Assembly: GCA_051530055.1 (NCBI GenBank)
Contig: CM121341.1
Span: 10,084,784 to 10,148,783, forward strand
From: Neoechinorhynchus agilis
Lineage: Eukaryota; Animalia; Acanthocephala
Direction: 5' to 3'
Length of the DNA: 64,000 nt
Shown piece by piece: positions 59,267 through 64,000 of this stretch. The position numbers and the translations under genes were made by a program. Numbering within the stretch: the stretch's first letter is position 1; each line of letters opens with the position of its first letter. The notes beneath the pieces were generated by a model. It did no database searches. It saw only the letters and a list, made by a program, of their open reading frames with translations, and was not told where the DNA came from.

Positions 59267-61062
59267 AAAGAGCATTGATAGAAATAGAATTTAAAAGTGG
59301 ATAAAAAGGGACTTTTTATTGAGAAAAATCTACAAACGAAGTGATATTAGTGAAATGTTTCGAAAAAAAGATTATTGAGATTGAGGATAAAGGAAAAATA
59401 ACACAGAATAAAAAATTAAATGGAAATGTAAAAGAGCATTGATAGAAATAAAATTTAAAAGTGGATAAAAAGGGACTTTTTATTGAGAAAAATCTACAAA
59501 CGAAGTGATATTAGTGAAATGTTTCGAAAAAAAGATTATTGAGATTGAGGATAAAGGAAAAATAACACAGAATAAAAAATTAAATGGAAATGTAAAAGAG
59601 CATTGATAGAAATAAAATTTAAAAGTGGATAAAAAGGGACTTTTTATTGAGAAAAATCTACAAACGAAGTGATATTAGTGAAATGTTTCGAAAAAATGAT
59701 TATTGAGATTGAGGACAAAGGAAAAATAAAGTGGATAAAAAGGGACTTTTTTTTGAGAAAAATCTACAAACGAAGTGATATTAATGAAATGTTTAGAAAA
59801 AAGGTTATTGAGATCGAGGATAAAGGAAAAATAACACAGAATAAAAAATTAAATGGAAATGTAAAAGAGCATTGATAGAAATAAAATTTAAAAGTGGATA
59901 AAAAGGGACTTTTTATTGAGAAAAATCTACAAACGAAGTGATATTAGTGAAATGTTTCGAAAAAATGATTATTGAGATTGAGGATAAAGGAAAAATAACA
60001 CAGAATAAAAAATTAAATGGAAATGTAAAAGAGCATTGATAGAAATAAAATTTAAAAGTGGATAAAAAGGACTTTTTATTGAGAAAAATCTACAAACGAA
60101 GTGATATTAGTGAAATGTTTCGAAAAAAAGATTATTGAGATGAGGATAAAGGAAAAATAACACAGAATAAAAAATTAAATGGAAATGTAAAAGAGCATTG
60201 ATAGAAATAAATAAAAGTGGATAAAAAGGGACTTTTTATTGAGAAAAATCTACAAACGAAGTGATATTAGTGAAATGTTCGAAAAAAAGATTATTGAGAT
60301 GAGGATAGAAAAATAACACAGAATAAAAATTAAATGGAAATGTAAAAGAGTTTAGAAATAAATTTAAAAGTGGATAAAAAGACTTTTTATTGAGAAAAAT
60401 CACAAACGAAGTGATATTATGAAATGTTTCGAAAAAATGATTATTGAGATTGAGGAAAAGGAAAAATAAAGTGGATAAAAAGGGACTTTTTATTGAGAAA
60501 AATCTACAAACGAAGTGATATTAGTGAAATGTTTCGAAAAAATGATTATTGAGATTGAGGATAAAGGAAAAATAACACAGAATAAAAAATTAAATGGAAA
60601 TGTAAGAGAGCATTGATAGAAATAAAATTTAAAAGTGGATAAAAAGGGACTTTTTATTGAGAAAAATCTACAAACGAAGTGATATTAGTGAAATGTTTAG
60701 AAAAAATGATTATTGAGATTGAGGAAAAGGAAAAATAAAGTGGATAAAAAGGGACTTTTTTTTGAGAAAAATCTACAAACGAAGTGATATTAGTGAAATG
60801 TTTAGAAAAAATGATTATTGAGATCGAGGATAAAGGAAAAATAACACAGAATAAAAAATTAAATGGAAATGTAAGAGAGCATTGATAGAAATAGAATTTA
60901 AAAGTGGATAAAAATGGACTTTTTATTGAGAAAAATCTACAAACGAAGTGATATTAGTGAAATGTTTCGAAAAAATGATTATTGAGATTGAGGATAAAGG
61001 AAAAATAACACAGAATAAAAAATTAAATGGAAATGTAAAAGAGCATTGATAGAAATAAATTT
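59267..61062. repeat. Purine-rich satellite, 164-bp unit with interspersed ~105-bp deletion variant, about 11-12 units
   Basis: aaagagcattgata occurs at 59267, 59431, 59595, 59864, 60028 and onward. Confidence 0.95.
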
Positions 61063-61699
61063 CAATGTAAAAATAATATGCTGAATTTTATTGATAACGG
61101 TTAAAACGTATTTGATCGTTAATAAATAATTTTCTCGGTGAAACCTCGCCTCATCAGCCACCTAAAAACATTTTGTTATACATTATTTATGGTATTGTCA
61201 TTCCCGGAGGCGCTGTGTTGCGTTTTTTCCATCGATTTTTGATACGTCGCTGGCGGCACATAACCCGTCGACGTGTTCTGATTCAAATCAATTTTTTTGG
61301 ACGGCGTCGGTTGCGATGACCAATTAGTTTTGCATCCATTAAAATAAGTGAGAAACCGATTCTCGCTTATCCATATTGGGAAAATTGGATCAATATCGCT
61401 TGCAAGCGTACAGATCCATTATTTGTTTACTTGATATCAATAATTCTTATTTAAAAATAAGTTCATTCGTTGGAAAACAACAAAAATGCCCCGCTTTCAC
61501 AGCTTCTTGGCTTTATTTAAAAAGTAACTTTGAGTTTGTCAGTTGGTGTAAAACTTACAAGGAATTGACTGAAGAAGGCCAACGAAAAACGGAAAATTTT
61601 CAAGATAAATCTATTTCTGAATCACACATCGCTAATCAAAACTGAAACTATAATGAATAATTTCTTTACAATGAGCATCAATACCGTTTATCTTAAATG

Positions 61700-62080
61700 A
61701 GGAATGCTTTATTAAAATCGATGGCCCAACTATTGCGATTTAGATCCACATCAAATATTGATATCTCGTATCTTTTTCATAATGTAGTCAGGAACTTTGT
61801 TCAGCAATTGCATTTCACTTGAGGAAAAGGTATGCTTTGATCTATTTACAAAATAACCGTTCTTTTCATATGTCTGAGGTCTCAGTTGATCAAGTTTTCT
61901 AAGCGTAGTTCATAGCTATCTGTTGTTCAGCGATACAGATTCGTAAATTGAGGTAGCCCTCAACAGTTCTTATATATTTACTTTCAAATGCACGTTTCAC
62001 GAATTCCCACAGGCATTTTCGATATGGTACCTCATTTCGTGAATATCATATATTCTTTGATGTTTATTGGCAAGCCAGTT
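61700..62080 (-). mobile_element. Possible decayed Penelope-like N-terminal fragment
   Basis: The minus-strand FVNRSKHTFSSSEMQLLNKVP recalls the VVNLS...L...E..LL.KG motif. There are many stops. Confidence 0.3.
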
Positions 62081-62099
62081 CTATTGATTCAGTGTTTTA

Positions 62100-64000
62100 G
62101 AACATCGCTTCCTCGGCTTATTGTGGTCCAGTGGACTTGAGCCCCTAATCCTTCGTTCATGGCCATTGATACGAACGGCAGTGCTTGATTCGAGGGAATT
62201 CGTCGAGAAACTGAGGGAGACCAACATCTCGGAAAAATGTACAATTTTCACAATGGATGTTGTATCCCTCTATACCAATGTCTGCGTCGAGGATATCCTC
62301 CAAACCTTGTTCCGGTTCTTCAGGGAATCGATCCCGAAACACATCTTAAGAATCTGCTCGAGTTAGCCTACGTAGCATGTTTTGAGTCCAATGGAATAGT
62401 TCTGGCTAATCTTTTCATGGATCACTTGGAAAAAGTGAAATGGAATCGTACGCAATTGAACCGGTCTTCTGCAAAAGATAGATGATATATTCGTGATTTG
62501 GCCCGACGATGAACAGAGTGTTAACGATTTCATGGAACATCTCAACCGTCAACATTATAGAATTTTGTTCTTATAAAGGTCCAACCGTTTAAAAAAAGGG
62601 GGATTGGGAATTCGGGCACTAGTGGACCTTGCTTTGCCGGCCTTTCTTGGATCGTTTGAGGAGAGCCTACCAGTCTCAAAGAACATTTTGAAGGAAAAGT
62701 TCTGTCTTGACCGGGATTTCGTGGTGGCGGTTGAGGAATGGTGCTAGCAGACAGGCGCTAACCATGTTCCCGTGAATGGCCTCAGACAGTCGATCTGGGA
62801 CGGACCTCTTGTCGCGAGAGCTCACAGCTCTCTACTTTCCGGTTCTCGCGATGGGGTCGTCCGAGCTAGACTGTTGGCAGTTTCAACACGAGAATCTGGG
62901 GCGTGGTTGGAGGCTGTTCCTCTGGCATCAGTGGGAACTCTTCTTACTGACGAGGTAACGAGGATCGCAGTATCCTTAAGACTTGGTCTCCCGATATGCA
63001 CGCCCGATCGCTGTCGATGTGGGTCTTTGGTTGATGCTTTCGGGCGACACGGTCTCGTTTGCCGAAAGTCAGGAGGAAGGTTCTCACGCCATTCTTAAAT
63101 CAATAACGCAATTTCTCGGGCGTTGAGAACGGCGAACTTCCCGAACATCCTGGAACCCGCCCACCTTTGTGGAATAGACGACCGTAGGCCCGATGGAATT
63201 TCGGTCTTCCCGTGGCGGTAGAGCAAATGCCTTCTCTGGGACGCCACGTGTGTGGATACCCTCGCAGCCAGCAACATCCCCTACTCCCTCGAAATCGCCG
63301 GTGGTGCCGCCAGTGCAGGGGAAGGGAGGAAAATACGGAAATATCTTCACTTATCGAGGGCTCACTATTTTGTCCCCTTTGGGGTAGAGACGTATAGAGC
63401 GCTCGGCAGCTCGGCACTCTCTCTGCTCCAGGATCTCTCGAAGAAATTGAGAGAGGCAACCGGAGACTCAAGAGCAGGCGTATTCCTTCGACAAAATATC
63501 TCGCTAGCAGTACAACGGGGCAATGCTGCCAGCGTGATAGCGATGGTCGAGGAAGGACAAAAGCTGGAATTCGGCGGGAAGTGGTGAGTGTGTTAATTGT
63601 CGAGAAATGAAGATTGATTGAAATAAAATATATCAGTTTGAATAGGTCCGATGAAAATGGGAGGTTGCCGTTTCTAGATGTGTTGATTCAAAAAAATGGA
63701 ACACAAATTACTACATCGGTCTATAGAAAGTTACCTGAAACAAATAATTATATACTTTGGAACAGTGCCCATAACAACAGCACAAAAGTTGGTATATTCA
63801 AAGGCTTTCTGCATCGTGCCCACGGGTACCCAGAAGATGTTCTTAATTCAGCGCGAGAGCAAGTGTATCGTGCGAGACAAAACAATTCAAATGAAACCTC
63901 CGTGGGCCCGAATCGAATGTACCTGAGCATTGGAGTACCGGACATAAGTCTACAAACCAACTCCTGGCGTAACGAAATCTCTAGGAATTCCAATTTTATT
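62100..64000 (+). mobile_element. Penelope-like RT fragment (~62100-62560 and ~63625-64000), split by a CRE-like insertion
   Basis: FTMDVVSLYTNV, IDDIFVIW..., MEHLN.QH, then after the insert ENGRLPFLDVLI...TSVYRK..TNNYI.WNSAH...K.GI..GFLHRA. Confidence 0.8.
62585..63620 (+). mobile_element. CRE-like retrotransposon 3' portion (second subfamily), nested in the Penelope-like element
   Basis: GGLGIR, SGAWLEAVP, CRCG..D.FGRHGLVC...RHS, RPDG, WDATC.DT.A.S, FVPFGVET, QNISLAVQRGNAA. Confidence 0.88.

Noticed and set aside
61125-61165. Minus-strand CTGATGAGG...CCGAGAAA near the Penelope fragments (possible pLTR hammerhead)
   Set aside because: The GAAA core is broken and stems I and III are missing. 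At most it is a degenerate relic.

Overview
This is AT-rich eukaryotic (animal, invertebrate-like) genomic DNA, not prokaryotic, and it has no CRISPR array or rRNA. Genes have very short introns (mostly about 42-61 nt by manual splicing), so several are invisible or fragmented in the ORF track. Reconstructed genes are: Nova/Pasilla (3 KH domains), MRPS27, a typical 2-Cys peroxiredoxin, a small secreted orphan, a two-domain small HSP, ELAC2/RNase Z-L, tRNA-Leu(AAG), a sigma-like GST, a highly divergent homeobox gene, a DUF547-like gene and an intronless slicer-type Piwi. About a third of the window is tandem repeat (about 139, 116, 254, 186 and 164 bp units). There are many decayed non-LTR retroelement pieces (CRE-like RLE, RTE-like, Penelope-like) and several palindromic/MITE-like elements. 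The most notable leads are: a dispersed hairpin family whose two arms co-vary between copies (one copy just upstream of piwi); a 5.3-kb satellite built from inverted-repeat (MITE-like) units; a homeodomain lacking Asn51; an apparent GT-TG intron; a GST bracketed by identical 135-bp direct repeats; and splice-acceptor-like AG sites at or next to start codons in a co-directional gene cluster (possible trans-splicing). All homology calls come from motif recall and manual translation; no searches were run.
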